Shown here in pieces: positions 50,074 to 61,598 of a stretch of DNA of 64,000 nt. A model generated the notes under the pieces. The model ran no database searches. It saw nothing but the letters and a program-made list of their open reading frames with translations, and was not told where the DNA came from. The translations under genes and the position numbers were made by a program. Source of the stretch: a virus (lineage: Duplodnaviria; Caudoviricetes); IMG/VR virus record IMGVR_UViG_3300037067_017690, positions 32,001 through 96,000 of that record; one strand, written 5' to 3'. Position 1 is the stretch's first letter. The number at the start of each line of letters is the position of its first letter.

Positions 50074-51237
50074 TCACGTCTTAACCGTCACATACTTATC
50101 GAGAGCGTCTTCATTATTCGAATAACCCATTCTCTTATAACCATCAACTGTGACGGCAGGCGACGCAGGAGAGGCGTTGACACCGCTGAAGTAAATACGT
50201 TTATCCTGAGCTAATAAATTTCTACGTTTTACATAAGCATCTACAGCAAAATTAGTAATTCCAGAACCTTTTTGTAATCCAGAAGGAACAGCCATTTCTA
50301 TTTGATAAATTTCATGTAATTTTCTACATTGAATTTGGTTAGCATTCCAAAATGTAATTGTTTGTGCATTATTATTAATTTTGAAATTTGTCCACCAATC
50401 ACCTACATAAATACGCTCTCCTGGAATAAATTTATCAGAAAATAAATGACGAATAATTGTTTTCCCATCAACTGTGTAAAAACATTCATTATATACATCA
50501 AAAAATGAAATATTACTTAATGAATATGTGTAATTAGTTAAAGTTAATAGTTCATTATATTTTTTAATCATTACCTTATTATCGTAGAACACAACAAATC
50601 CAAATGAATCAATTATTCTATATGCTATGTTGGAATACAAATATGATACTTTTAAAATTTCTTTAAAAATATCATAAGCATAAAATCTGTCATTTTTTGA
50701 CACAAGCATTGTTTCTGCATTAGAAGCAATAAATGTGTAATTGGCAAGATGAGAAAAATTATAATGATCAAATTGAGGAATGTAAAAAGAAGTTTTTCCA
50801 TCTGAACTAAAAATAATACATGTGTGTCCTAAATTATAAAAATCTGCAATTAATGTGTTAAAATCTTTTTCTCTATATAATGACCAATCAGCACATTTAT
50901 AAATTCTTAAACGTCCACCTGCGGAAATGCAAGCGAGTGTATTTGTATTTTCATTATATTTTACATATAAACTTACAAAAGGAACACTAAATGAAATTCC
51001 CCCGCCGTCGGGGAATTCTATAATAGTTGAAAATCCTGTGGTATAATAGCTTATTATTATTTCTTCACTAATTAATTCAATTAATTTACTTTGCATCGAA
51101 GTAACAACCAATTCGGTTGTACCACCTTTATTAAATTCTGTAACAACGGCATTGCTAGCCGAAGATATATAAATAGTATTGTGTGTGGAAAGTAAATCGT
51201 AAATATTTTCTGAAGAATAATATGTTTCGTCATTCAT
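50074..51237 (-). CDS. Putative structural protein (beta-propeller-like with Ig-like C-terminus)
   Basis: Beta-rich ORF; likely start MNDETYY, coupled to upstream stop. Confidence 0.55.
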   Translation of the reverse strand: MNDETYYSSENIYDLLSTHNTIYISSASNAVVTEFNKGGTTELVVTSMQSKLIELISEEIIISYYTTGFSTIIEFPDGGGISFSVPFVSLYVKYNENTNTLACISAGGRLRIYKCADWSLYREKDFNTLIADFYNLGHTCIIFSSDGKTSFYIPQFDHYNFSHLANYTFIASNAETMLVSKNDRFYAYDIFKEILKVSYLYSNIAYRIIDSFGFVVFYDNKVMIKKYNELLTLTNYTYSLSNISFFDVYNECFYTVDGKTIIRHLFSDKFIPGERIYVGDWWTNFKINNNAQTITFWNANQIQCRKLHEIYQIEMAVPSGLQKGSGITNFAVDAYVKRRNLLAQDKRIYFSGVNASPASPAVTVDGYKRMGYSNNEDALDKYVTVKT

Positions 51238-52307
51238 AGTGAATAAATCAGTTCCTTTGCCTTCTTCCATTTTTTTAAAACTTCAATATTTACATTCATA
51301 TTCTTTTTATCATTTTCGAACCAATATAATACGTATGCATCCTGATATTCTAATGGAAACTTTTTCCATTCAGAAAATTCTTTTTTACATTCATATATAA
51401 ACATTGGATTTTTAGTATATTCAATCAATGATTTTGATTTAAGGGTTAAATCGGTAACACACTTCTTGCAAAAATCATTGTACATTTTTGAATAATAAGA
51501 ATTATTCGCTATCGCTGGTTCACCTTCTGGGAATCTTCCTTTGATGACATCTTTAGCATAATAATAAGCCTCTCTAGAATCTTTAGCAATTTCTGGTTCT
51601 ATTAACGAGAATCTTCCTTTAATAACATCTTGAGCATAATAATAAGCATTATAAGGCTCTTTTGCTATCGCTGGTTCACCTTCTGGGAATCTTCCTTTAA
51701 TAACATCTTTAGCATAAATATATGCATAATAAGGATCCCTAGCTATCGCAGGTTCACCTTCTGGGAATCTTCCTTTAATAACATCTCTAGCATACCAATA
51801 TGCATATTTAAGATCTTTAGCTATAGCAGGTTCTCCTAATGGGAATCTTCCTTTGATTATATTCAGAGCATAATTATATGCTAATTTAGCATCTTTAGCT
51901 ATTACAGGTTCTCCTAATTCAAATCTTCCTTTAATAACATTTAGAGCATACTCATATGCCCATTTAGGATCCTTAGCTATTTCAAGTTCTAATTCTTTTA
52001 ATTTTCCTGATAATTCTGGTTTTCTCTGGATTATTGATCTAAGAATTCTAGCTTCATTCAATATATCTCTTTCTTCTTGTTCAAATTCTATTTCAAATTG
52101 GTATTTTTGAATTGGAAGCAATTGAATTAATTCTCTTATAGTAAGATTAGATTGATCTTGGTAATTATATAATCCTCTTTTTCCAGTTGCAGCAAATTCT
52201 TGATTGTCTTCTCCTGTCATTTCAATCTTACTCATTACTGGGAGTGTTAACAAATATTCTAAGGGATGGTATTCGGAAGCATATTTAATTTGTTGAGAAA
52301 GGGTCAT
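51234..52307 (-). CDS. Helical-repeat protein (26-aa EPAIAKD..YAY.YA.DVIKGRFP.G repeats)
   Basis: About 6 repeats at 51510..51980; paralog at 12150. Confidence 0.8.
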   Translation of the reverse strand: MTLSQQIKYASEYHPLEYLLTLPVMSKIEMTGEDNQEFAATGKRGLYNYQDQSNLTIRELIQLLPIQKYQFEIEFEQEERDILNEARILRSIIQRKPELSGKLKELELEIAKDPKWAYEYALNVIKGRFELGEPVIAKDAKLAYNYALNIIKGRFPLGEPAIAKDLKYAYWYARDVIKGRFPEGEPAIARDPYYAYIYAKDVIKGRFPEGEPAIAKEPYNAYYYAQDVIKGRFSLIEPEIAKDSREAYYYAKDVIKGRFPEGEPAIANNSYYSKMYNDFCKKCVTDLTLKSKSLIEYTKNPMFIYECKKEFSEWKKFPLEYQDAYVLYWFENDKKNMNVNIEVLKKWKKAKELIYSL

Positions 52308-52567
52308 TCAATAATCCTCCAATGATTTTTAATATTTGATTTGAGAACCACACCATGTTCGCCTAATTGAACATTCTTCATAGACTTTTTTTCTCCAGCA
52401 GTAGAAACCACACTAATTTCGTAACAATCATTCATATCACGAATGACTTTTATTCGAGTGCCTTTTGGGGCAACTAATATATCTAATTTTCGGGTGTCTT
52501 TGAAAATTGGTGTTTTTATCAATTTTGCTTCAAATCTTAACTGACTATATTCGCATTTATTCGGCAT
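52304..52567 (-). CDS. Small hypothetical (SH3-like) protein
   Basis: 87-aa ORF with GGAG-like RBS, ATGA-coupled to next gene. Confidence 0.5.
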   Translation of the reverse strand: MPNKCEYSQLRFEAKLIKTPIFKDTRKLDILVAPKGTRIKVIRDMNDCYEISVVSTAGEKKSMKNVQLGEHGVVLKSNIKNHWRIIE

Positions 52568-53940
52568 TTTCCCACTCCTTCTATATTCACAGTTGTAGAT
52601 GCATATCCATTCGCATTTGTAATTGAACTAGGAGTAACTAAAGTTGCTGATACTGTCGCATCAGGAACTATTTCCCAATTCAATGTGACACCTTGAATAG
52701 GCTCATCACTTGCATCTGTTACTTTTCCAGTTATAATAATTGTTTTTTCTATATTTTCCCATTCAAAAGTTTTCTCATTTGCTGTTAATTGCAATATATA
52801 TCCATTCATTAAAGTTCTGAAAATTATTTCATTACTATTTTCAGTTGTGTAAATAACTTGTTCAGAAGGAAAATCAACAAGTACATCTTTAATCAAATCT
52901 GTTATGTAATATCCACCTATGTAAGTAATAGAATCAGAAAATACTTTATAAATTGATAATTTTGTATCTCCTGATTCGTTCCCTACAATTATTGATAATC
53001 CAGCAACTCTATCAAAAATAAATTGTTCTAATGTGAGGGCAAATGTTTTAGTAGCAACAAGCCAATTTGAAGTTTTTGTAACATCATAAATTTGCAAAGA
53101 ATTTGTTTTAAGTATAACTATATAGCCTTTTTCTCCAATAAAATATTCTAAACCAACTAAATTAGCTATTCCAATTGGAATTGTTTTTGTGATGATTTTT
53201 ACTATTGGATCAATAATTATTACATCATCTCCAGAAGTAGAAATTAAATTTTCTCCAGTAGTAAATTTAACACCTTCTCCTTCAAAAGAATATCCCCCAT
53301 CATTCGTAATAAAACCACCTTCTCCAGGTAATGTTAACCAATTCTCGATATTGCCAGAACTTAAATCATATCTAAATATATATTGTGAATTTTTTTTGGT
53401 TATAAAAAATAAATTATTTGTACCAACTAATTTGAAATCTTGCTGTTCGGTTACAAATTCATTAAGTGTAAATCCTGTATTTCTGACAGACACAGTATCA
53501 GTAACATAATTCCATTTGATTTCTTCAATATCACCAGTATAAATCCTAAATAAAAATAAAAAATTATTATCAATAGCATCTACAGAAAATAAATGCAATG
53601 TTATTTTTAATTCAGTTGAATAAGGGATTGTCCTTGTTAACACATTTGTATCTTGTAAAATATTTCCGGTCATATCAATAATAACCATGCGAAGTGTTAA
53701 AATTAAATCTCCACCAATATCTTCTTCATATTTTTCTAAAAGCAATCCCAATCTATCTAAATTATTTAAAAATTGGGCATCAAGAATATTCCATCCTGCA
53801 AAATCAAAAGATGAAATAACTGTTTCTGTAAAATTAAATAAAATTCCTGCATTATTATCATTACCTATAGAACAAAATCCTTTATTAGATAATCTTGATA
53901 TTCTAAATAATTGAGCTGCACCTGTTAAATTTATCGACAT
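52537..53940 (-). CDS. Putative structural protein with C-terminal Big-1 Ig-like domain
   Basis: VTDASDEPIQGVTL.W...S.ITNANGYAST.V Big-1-like motif. Confidence 0.6.
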   Translation of the reverse strand: MSINLTGAAQLFRISRLSNKGFCSIGNDNNAGILFNFTETVISSFDFAGWNILDAQFLNNLDRLGLLLEKYEEDIGGDLILTLRMVIIDMTGNILQDTNVLTRTIPYSTELKITLHLFSVDAIDNNFLFLFRIYTGDIEEIKWNYVTDTVSVRNTGFTLNEFVTEQQDFKLVGTNNLFFITKKNSQYIFRYDLSSGNIENWLTLPGEGGFITNDGGYSFEGEGVKFTTGENLISTSGDDVIIIDPIVKIITKTIPIGIANLVGLEYFIGEKGYIVILKTNSLQIYDVTKTSNWLVATKTFALTLEQFIFDRVAGLSIIVGNESGDTKLSIYKVFSDSITYIGGYYITDLIKDVLVDFPSEQVIYTTENSNEIIFRTLMNGYILQLTANEKTFEWENIEKTIIITGKVTDASDEPIQGVTLNWEIVPDATVSATLVTPSSITNANGYASTTVNIEGVGKCRINANIVS

Positions 53941-56900
53941 TACATTACCTTCCTTGATCTATAAGCTATTGCTATAAAATGCATTTGATGATCTGGCCAT
54001 CTATCTAAATAAAAAGTTTTACTCCATTCTGTGTCCTGATTTTCTTCCCAATGTCCATAATGAGTAATTTCACCATCATGATATGTAGTTGGATCATATC
54101 TCCACCCCTTCATATTCCCAAGCCAATTTTGTTGCCAAGTTTTATGTTTACCAGGAGATGATTGTGCATCATTTCTATCAAGAGTTACAGAATAATATCC
54201 ATTCCCAATATAACATTCTACAGTGGCTTTAGGGACATTGTTTCCAAATCTATCTTTTACACTTATAGAAATTGCTTTTTCTTCTGAAAAATAATCAGTT
54301 TTATGATACATTCTTTTTTTAACTTCATCGAAATCCCAATAAATTTCCCATGAATCCGGAATAGCAGGAGATCCTTGGCCACTGTGAAATTCGAGATATC
54401 CTGGTTCTGCAAAATCAGCAAATGCCATAAATGGTCTGTTCGCTTTAAATCCATATCTCCACATACCATTAGATTTTAAAGCAAGACATGATTCTTTTCC
54501 ATCTCCATCATATAATTTATCAGCTATAAAATTTTCATTACAAATTTCTGTAATTGTTATATCGTTGCCAATACGATCCCATGTATATGTATAAATTTTC
54601 GTATCATCAATTGTAAATAAAAATTTATCTTTTACGATAACATCTTTTGATGTTCCACTTAAAGATAAAGAATCAATTGCTGCAAGATTATTTGTATTTA
54701 AAATATCAATATTTCCACTATTAACTAAAAGCCAAATATCTCCATTCCAAAATTCAATTTTTTCTATTGAAGAATAATCTAAACCATGAGAAAAAGCTTT
54801 TGTTACAACATTCAAACGAACTATTTTATCAGATCTCAAGAAAAATACATTCATGCGATATTTTTTGATGTAATCAAAATCTTCTCCCATATTAACTGTT
54901 GTTTGCACAGTGTTATTATCAATAAAAATCATTCTTTGATTTTCACAGAGCAAAATTAATTGCCCTGCATAAAATTCTGCATCTTTAATATTATATCCAA
55001 CTGTAATCGGAATATTAAATAAATTATTTTCATTTTCTAGCGCCTGATCAAATCTAATAGTTCTGTAATTTACTAAAGTTGTTTGAATATCAACATAATA
55101 TATTTTTCCTCCAAATATATAAGCATATTCAAATGCCGAAATATTAGATAAATTTAAAATTTTCTTTAAAGTTCCTGTAGATTTCTCTCCGATAAACAAA
55201 TCACCAGCTGAATTTGATATTACAACATTTAAATTATCAATGACTGCAAATTGAGCCAGTGTAATTGGCCAATTCCCAGTAAGAGTTCTAGTTGTATAAG
55301 TAGAATTATCTCCTACTCGATACATTAAATCACCAGTATTGCTTTGGTATAAGATTATGTATTCGTCAATTATTTTGTTAACATAAATAGAAATAACATT
55401 AAATAAATTTGAATCAAATTCAGAAAATGTATTTCCGCTAAATTGGTATAATTTATTTGTTTCAGTTCTAATAAATCGATCAGTATTTATTTGATGAGTG
55501 TCTTTGATTGCTGCTGGTAAATTATTTATTAAAGTTGTTCTTGCGAATGTTTCGGTAGAAGTATTAAATTCTAATAGTTTCAAATCAATCCCATCATCTG
55601 ATAATGCTTGAAATATATTTATTGATGGATTAAAAATTCTATGTTTTAAACTAAGAATTTCTCCTGTGTTTAAATAATTTTCAGCAAAAAATAATTTGCT
55701 AGATCCTTGTTTTGTAGCTAAATCTAATTCATGCAACATTCCTGTTTCAAAATTATAAATTGAAGTGCTGTTAAAAACTTTTTTACAATAAATAAACGAT
55801 TTTTCAAAATCAAATATTTTTAATTCATTAGCATTTGTTTCATCATAAACATATAAATTTTTTGCATCATCAGCAATGAATATTGTTCCAATAGTATTTA
55901 TTCGTTCTTTTAAATGAATATTCGTAAAGAAATTAAATGTTTTTTGATATGATGAGAAATCACTCCATCTAATTGTTTCTAATGCATTAGCGGCAATTCT
56001 ATATGATAAATTCATTCCGTCAAATGTAAATTCTAAATTGCCAGCATAAGTATTTGTAATCATATATGATTTAGTTCTATTAATTCTTGGCCATGTTGAA
56101 ATAGTTGTTTTAAAAATTTTTTCAGAATATAAATCATAATAATACATAATATCAGAATTCACATTATCTACAATAGCTTTTTTGATAACGCCAATAGGAC
56201 GATAATTTCTTTTATTTGTTAAATTTTTAATGTAATTTTTTGTCATTAAAAATGTAGTAGATGCATTTTTGGTAATACCAACAAAATTACCTGTATTCAT
56301 TTGTTCAAAACTATCAATTATATAATATGATGGATGTAATGAATTTACAGGAATAGATGCTAAAGTCAAAGTTGTAGAAGTATTTGAATTAATTATAACA
56401 TCTATTGTAGATCCATATCCAAAATCCAGTAAAACTGTACGACCAGTTTGTCCATTAACAGTCCATGTTTTAATTGTGTCAGTTAATGTGCTACCAACTA
56501 CAGTAGCGGTTCCGGAATCAACAACTTGCTGAGATGGTTGACCATAATTTATTACAATTTGATAAGAACAATTTAAAGTCCATGTAATACTAGAATTCTG
56601 TAATGCTAAAATATTATTTGTGTTATTTAAAATATATTCACCAATTCTATTTTTCTTAAATTCTATTGATACATATTTTCCAGTAAATTCATTAACAGTC
56701 CAAGATTTAGATGTGTCAGCTAAATTTACCCCATTAATATTACTTATTGTATTTGAATCAAATGGATCTGTATAAGTTCCTGTAATATTCGTGAAATCTA
56801 AAATGACTGACATTGTATGATTTACTTTATAATAAGTATCATTACAAATGAATTCAATTTCTGTTCCTGTATAAGTTAAAGAAGTAGGAGTGAAATTTCC

Positions 56901-59900
56901 AAATCTTGCATAAATAAATTTATTATTTGTATTATCATATCTTACAATAAATTGACCACTAATAAATGCAAAATCATCACCATTTACTATGAATTCATAT
57001 GGATTAATTGAAAATGCAGATAAAATTCCAGAAACATTAATCACACCTATTTCTTTAGTTTTTGATGACCAATTAGTACTTATTTGAGTTGTGGTTGCAT
57101 AGTTATAAATCAGATTATTACTAGTATAAATAATTTCAGTTGTTTTATATTTATATGCACCAGTAATATTTGCTCCAGTTATTGCAAAATTAGTAGAAGA
57201 TAAATCTGTATAATCAATTCTTCTAATTAAATTTGTATAAATTATCCACATATAATCATCATCAACAGTTAAATTTACATAAGTTCCTGTGTATGGATAT
57301 TGAGCAAAATTTCTAGACCATAACATATCAAGATTTTTTGTAAAACAACTAATTCTAGAACTATTGATAGTAAAAACATGAGTTTGATTTTGTAAAATTT
57401 GCAGATCTTTAGAAAACAAATTATTTGAAGCAGTTATATAGCTGCTAATGCCAGTGTATTGAGAAGTATTTGGACTATATGTAGAATTATTAATAATTGC
57501 AGATCTCATAAATAGCCAATGATTTGGGAATGTTTCAAAAGTAAAAACATCTTCAATAGTTCCAATTACATCGAATCTAAATGTTTGTATTTTATTTTCA
57601 TTATAAGAAATTGCGAATATCAATAAATCATATACATCATCATCTTCTGAAACACCAGGATTATTTGTTGAAGCAACATAAGCTTCAGGAATAAAATCGC
57701 AAATCATATCTTTTACAAATAAACCAGTTGAATGATTATAAATATGGATTAAATTATCACCAACTTCATTAAATACTCGATAAGTTCCGTGAAATTGAGG
57801 TGGACCTTTAATAATTGCCCATAAATAGTAGCCATTATTAGTTGCAGGAATTGCCGATTTTAAGACATGAGTATTTATTGATGTAGAATCTCCCAAATTA
57901 ATTTCGAATACTATTTTATTATTGTCATCAATTCCGAAATAATTTGAACCATTTTTAATAATTCTTGTAGCAGGATATTTAAGTGGCAAATAAGAATCTT
58001 CGGAATAATCTTCATTATATAAAATCAATCGTTTATTAAAATAATCATATCCATAGAAATGAGATTCATCTTCATAATGCAATTCTACAATTCTATCATT
58101 TTTTTCGGTATAAGTTAATCCCTGACCAGTATAAGAACAAAGCTGTTTTCTATTTGGATCAGATGTAACACACATTGACCCGAAAGCTACTACATCAGCA
58201 ACATAAAAATTATTTAATTGAATCAAATGAAACGTTTCTGTGCGAAATGATTCTTGTCCCTTATTATAATAATAGAATTTTGTATCTCCAATATTGAATC
58301 CAACGATATAAGAAATTGATTCAGATATTTTTGTAAAATTATCAGTTGTATGAGTATTTCTAATAGTCGATAAATTATCATCAATAACTTTAACTACATT
58401 ACCTTTTTTATCAAACAAATGTAAAAATCCATCTTTATAAAATGCATCATGAATATAATTATTGCCAAATAAATGAAATCCTGGAAATCCAGCAAATACA
58501 ATATCTTGATTATAGATTGTAACAGCACCTTGTTGAGTGATATAAAAATCTTTTGCACCTGATATAGTTTTATTCATTTCTAATTTTGTAATATTTTCAA
58601 AATTATTTTGTAATAAGAATACATTATCAGTCCATTGAATTTTATGCCCATCTTGCATTATTTTTACATTATCATAATTGAAACTTTGGTAATATGGTTC
58701 AATTAAATTCCCTTCGAAAGAAACTCTATGAATTTTATCTTGTCCTGAATCATTAATATGAAAATAAAATGCATCTGTTTTATCTTGTATTAAATCTGTT
58801 GTCCAAGATAAATTTGAACTGTTGAATATCGGAGTATTAATTCTTCTAGACGAAGGAGTTTCATCAAAATGAATTTGATGAGGTAAATTTTGAGAAAAAA
58901 TCACTCTTGATTCCATATAATCATTACATGCCTGAAGTGCGACACATGTCACTATAGATTCTCTTAAATAAATTCCACCAATTGTATCTATTCTTAAATT
59001 CAAAATGGTTGATTTTTCAAAAGTGGAGCGAACTACAATTGATAAATTTTTATAATAAGGATCATATGCCATACCAACTATTGATTGACGAGATTCATCC
59101 CATACAGAAGTGTAAGAACGTACATTAATTTGCCCTAATTTAGAAGTTAATGTTGCATTAAATATTTCAATGCAACCGTTTCCGGAAGAGATAAAGGTAT
59201 ATCCCCTATCCTTATCAATTAAACAGTCGATACGATCTGTAGTAAACGTAGAACTTACCACACTAATAGTGTCTTGAGTTGTAGTATCATATTTTACTAA
59301 ACCGAGACCAGTTCTTGAGAAAATAGCATAATTTCCAATAACAACATAATTTTCAGAAGCAACATTTGTAACTATTGAAGTAATTGAAGTAAAAATTTCA
59401 TTTTCTTTTGGAATTGTATATCCTGACCCATCAATTAAAGCAAATCGTTCATGAATCATGAATATTTTTTCAAAAGCATGTGCAAAAAAAGTTGTATTTA
59501 AAGCCACAAATTTATTATTGGTAAAATCATAATTAAAAGTATGAAGTTCATATGAATATCCAATTTTTTTAGAAGTAGTAGAAGCCAAAATTCTAACATA
59601 TTTTTGAGTTGTAGACAAACATGCTGCTTCTATAATATATCCATCAAAAACTGGATATCTTTCATGTGTCCAAAAACCCTGAACCCATGGATCTGGTTCA
59701 TAAGTAATTTCTGTTCCATTATTAGGAGGATATACTTCTTGATTCCAAGATAATTGGTCCATTTGTCCATTTCGACTAATGATAAAATATTTACTATGTC
59801 CTTCATTATGAAGAAGAAATAAATTACCAATACTATCAATTATATTTTTATTTCTATAGTCTTTAATATTGATTTGTTCAGAATGAACAACATCATAATT

Positions 59901-61598
59901 ATCATCTCTCCAAACATGAAAAGTAGAATTATCTATATCGTAAGTTAAAAATCTTCTAGTTTTATTAGACCATTGAAGAATATCACAAGGTAATAAATAA
60001 TAATAATCAATAGTTATTGTGCTTGTTTGAGGAATAGTTACATTGTAAATTCTTCCATCTGCTTTATCCATATTATATCGTCTGTCATATCTGTAATCAA
60101 CAAGTAAAGATTTTGTTGGAACATCGGCAATATTAAATGTGATTCGAGTTTTTGTAGAACTTGGTTGTTGATTTTCAATTCTTACTTGCCCTTGAGCTGG
60201 CAATCCACTAACTTCGGTAAATGCAAATGGATGTGTATCTTTAAAAATCATTAATGTATTAGCTTCAATATTATCATTGGCTAAAGAAAAAGTTAATCCT
60301 TGTCCATCAATAATTGCGATAGCAGATTCATTAGTAATAGTTGTTGATATAGTATCAAAACTAATTCCACTGACTTTCAGATTTTGAAATGGGGCATCAT
60401 TTACATGAAATGTAATTCTAGAATTTCCAGCAGATGGTAAATCATTTTCAATAAGAACTTGACCTTGAGTTGGTATCCCGGAAAAAATATTTGTAAATTC
60501 AAAAGGTTTATCATCTTTGAAAATACTTGATAATCCTTCATCTAAATCATCATAAGGTATTGTAAATACTTTATTGGGTACTGTGATTATTCCGGTAGGA
60601 ACTTCATTTGAGACAGAAATTCCTGAATGATGATAATTTACAATTAGTGAAGCAGTTGGAGCATCAATAGGATTGAATTCTATTGTGCTTTGTCCAAGTG
60701 ATGGATTATCAGAAATAAATCGAATTTCATTTTGATTTGGAGCATTTGAAGTTAATGCATAAGGAAATACAATCCCATCTTTTACAATTGTCAAAGTATT
60801 TAATTGAATTGTGTTACTTGCAATTGCAAATAAAATATTGATGCCATTAATATTACCAACAGGAATTTCATCAGTAACTATATTGTGATGGATATAAGAA
60901 ATAGTAACAGAAGCTCTTGGCGCATCTGAAATATAAAATTGCAATTCTGTTTGTCCTGATCCAGGTTCATTATCGCGAACCAATACTCTTCCTGCTTTTA
61001 ATAAATCTAAATCTGTTATAGGAATAAATGTAAAAGGTGCTCCATCTTTAATAATAGAAATTGTATTAATATCAATATAATTATTTTGAACAATGAACGC
61101 TCTATTAGGTGATGTAATTGTCCCAGAAGGTGTAATGTCCTGGTGAAAATTCTGAGAAATTATAACTTTTTGATAAGATGTTGTAATTGAAGCTGTCGGA
61201 GTATCTCCGGGATTAAAAATAATAGTAGATTTTCCTAATGGATTATTATCAATAAGATTAACGTGTCCAGCTAAAGGAATTGTCCAAACAGCAACATTAG
61301 AAACTACAAGAGATCTTGAACTTCCATCTATTATAAAAGTCATAGTTGACGCAATATCTTTATTATTTAATGTAAATGTAAGGAATCTTCCATCTATTAA
61401 TGGTGTTGGAGTTTCAGCAAAAGAATTCAAGATTTCATATCTTGTTGATCCATTCTCTTTTAAAGTCCAATTATAAATATTTCGTTGTGTTAATTTGAAA
61501 TGTCCATTTGTATTATAATAAGACCAATTTAAAGTTTCTGTAATTGGTCCAAATACTTCTGTGTATACTGTTTTTAGAGTTTTGTTGAGTTCTGTCAT
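53940..61598 (-). CDS. Giant (2552 aa) virion protein, tail fibre/spike-like
   Basis: About five ~85-aa N-terminal repeats (E.P.G.I...N..F.....I.KD..PF), long beta-propeller-like region, duplicated DT.K.WTVN..TG motif. Confidence 0.65.
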   Translation of the reverse strand: MTELNKTLKTVYTEVFGPITETLNWSYYNTNGHFKLTQRNIYNWTLKENGSTRYEILNSFAETPTPLIDGRFLTFTLNNKDIASTMTFIIDGSSRSLVVSNVAVWTIPLAGHVNLIDNNPLGKSTIIFNPGDTPTASITTSYQKVIISQNFHQDITPSGTITSPNRAFIVQNNYIDINTISIIKDGAPFTFIPITDLDLLKAGRVLVRDNEPGSGQTELQFYISDAPRASVTISYIHHNIVTDEIPVGNINGINILFAIASNTIQLNTLTIVKDGIVFPYALTSNAPNQNEIRFISDNPSLGQSTIEFNPIDAPTASLIVNYHHSGISVSNEVPTGIITVPNKVFTIPYDDLDEGLSSIFKDDKPFEFTNIFSGIPTQGQVLIENDLPSAGNSRITFHVNDAPFQNLKVSGISFDTISTTITNESAIAIIDGQGLTFSLANDNIEANTLMIFKDTHPFAFTEVSGLPAQGQVRIENQQPSSTKTRITFNIADVPTKSLLVDYRYDRRYNMDKADGRIYNVTIPQTSTITIDYYYLLPCDILQWSNKTRRFLTYDIDNSTFHVWRDDNYDVVHSEQINIKDYRNKNIIDSIGNLFLLHNEGHSKYFIISRNGQMDQLSWNQEVYPPNNGTEITYEPDPWVQGFWTHERYPVFDGYIIEAACLSTTQKYVRILASTTSKKIGYSYELHTFNYDFTNNKFVALNTTFFAHAFEKIFMIHERFALIDGSGYTIPKENEIFTSITSIVTNVASENYVVIGNYAIFSRTGLGLVKYDTTTQDTISVVSSTFTTDRIDCLIDKDRGYTFISSGNGCIEIFNATLTSKLGQINVRSYTSVWDESRQSIVGMAYDPYYKNLSIVVRSTFEKSTILNLRIDTIGGIYLRESIVTCVALQACNDYMESRVIFSQNLPHQIHFDETPSSRRINTPIFNSSNLSWTTDLIQDKTDAFYFHINDSGQDKIHRVSFEGNLIEPYYQSFNYDNVKIMQDGHKIQWTDNVFLLQNNFENITKLEMNKTISGAKDFYITQQGAVTIYNQDIVFAGFPGFHLFGNNYIHDAFYKDGFLHLFDKKGNVVKVIDDNLSTIRNTHTTDNFTKISESISYIVGFNIGDTKFYYYNKGQESFRTETFHLIQLNNFYVADVVAFGSMCVTSDPNRKQLCSYTGQGLTYTEKNDRIVELHYEDESHFYGYDYFNKRLILYNEDYSEDSYLPLKYPATRIIKNGSNYFGIDDNNKIVFEINLGDSTSINTHVLKSAIPATNNGYYLWAIIKGPPQFHGTYRVFNEVGDNLIHIYNHSTGLFVKDMICDFIPEAYVASTNNPGVSEDDDVYDLLIFAISYNENKIQTFRFDVIGTIEDVFTFETFPNHWLFMRSAIINNSTYSPNTSQYTGISSYITASNNLFSKDLQILQNQTHVFTINSSRISCFTKNLDMLWSRNFAQYPYTGTYVNLTVDDDYMWIIYTNLIRRIDYTDLSSTNFAITGANITGAYKYKTTEIIYTSNNLIYNYATTTQISTNWSSKTKEIGVINVSGILSAFSINPYEFIVNGDDFAFISGQFIVRYDNTNNKFIYARFGNFTPTSLTYTGTEIEFICNDTYYKVNHTMSVILDFTNITGTYTDPFDSNTISNINGVNLADTSKSWTVNEFTGKYVSIEFKKNRIGEYILNNTNNILALQNSSITWTLNCSYQIVINYGQPSQQVVDSGTATVVGSTLTDTIKTWTVNGQTGRTVLLDFGYGSTIDVIINSNTSTTLTLASIPVNSLHPSYYIIDSFEQMNTGNFVGITKNASTTFLMTKNYIKNLTNKRNYRPIGVIKKAIVDNVNSDIMYYYDLYSEKIFKTTISTWPRINRTKSYMITNTYAGNLEFTFDGMNLSYRIAANALETIRWSDFSSYQKTFNFFTNIHLKERINTIGTIFIADDAKNLYVYDETNANELKIFDFEKSFIYCKKVFNSTSIYNFETGMLHELDLATKQGSSKLFFAENYLNTGEILSLKHRIFNPSINIFQALSDDGIDLKLLEFNTSTETFARTTLINNLPAAIKDTHQINTDRFIRTETNKLYQFSGNTFSEFDSNLFNVISIYVNKIIDEYIILYQSNTGDLMYRVGDNSTYTTRTLTGNWPITLAQFAVIDNLNVVISNSAGDLFIGEKSTGTLKKILNLSNISAFEYAYIFGGKIYYVDIQTTLVNYRTIRFDQALENENNLFNIPITVGYNIKDAEFYAGQLILLCENQRMIFIDNNTVQTTVNMGEDFDYIKKYRMNVFFLRSDKIVRLNVVTKAFSHGLDYSSIEKIEFWNGDIWLLVNSGNIDILNTNNLAAIDSLSLSGTSKDVIVKDKFLFTIDDTKIYTYTWDRIGNDITITEICNENFIADKLYDGDGKESCLALKSNGMWRYGFKANRPFMAFADFAEPGYLEFHSGQGSPAIPDSWEIYWDFDEVKKRMYHKTDYFSEEKAISISVKDRFGNNVPKATVECYIGNGYYSVTLDRNDAQSSPGKHKTWQQNWLGNMKGWRYDPTTYHDGEITHYGHWEENQDTEWSKTFYLDRWPDHQMHFIAIAYRSRKVM

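Noticed and set aside
51510-51980. CRISPR array or DGR template/variable pair with 12150
   Set aside because: 78-bp coding repeats; differences between the paralogs are not adenine-specific.
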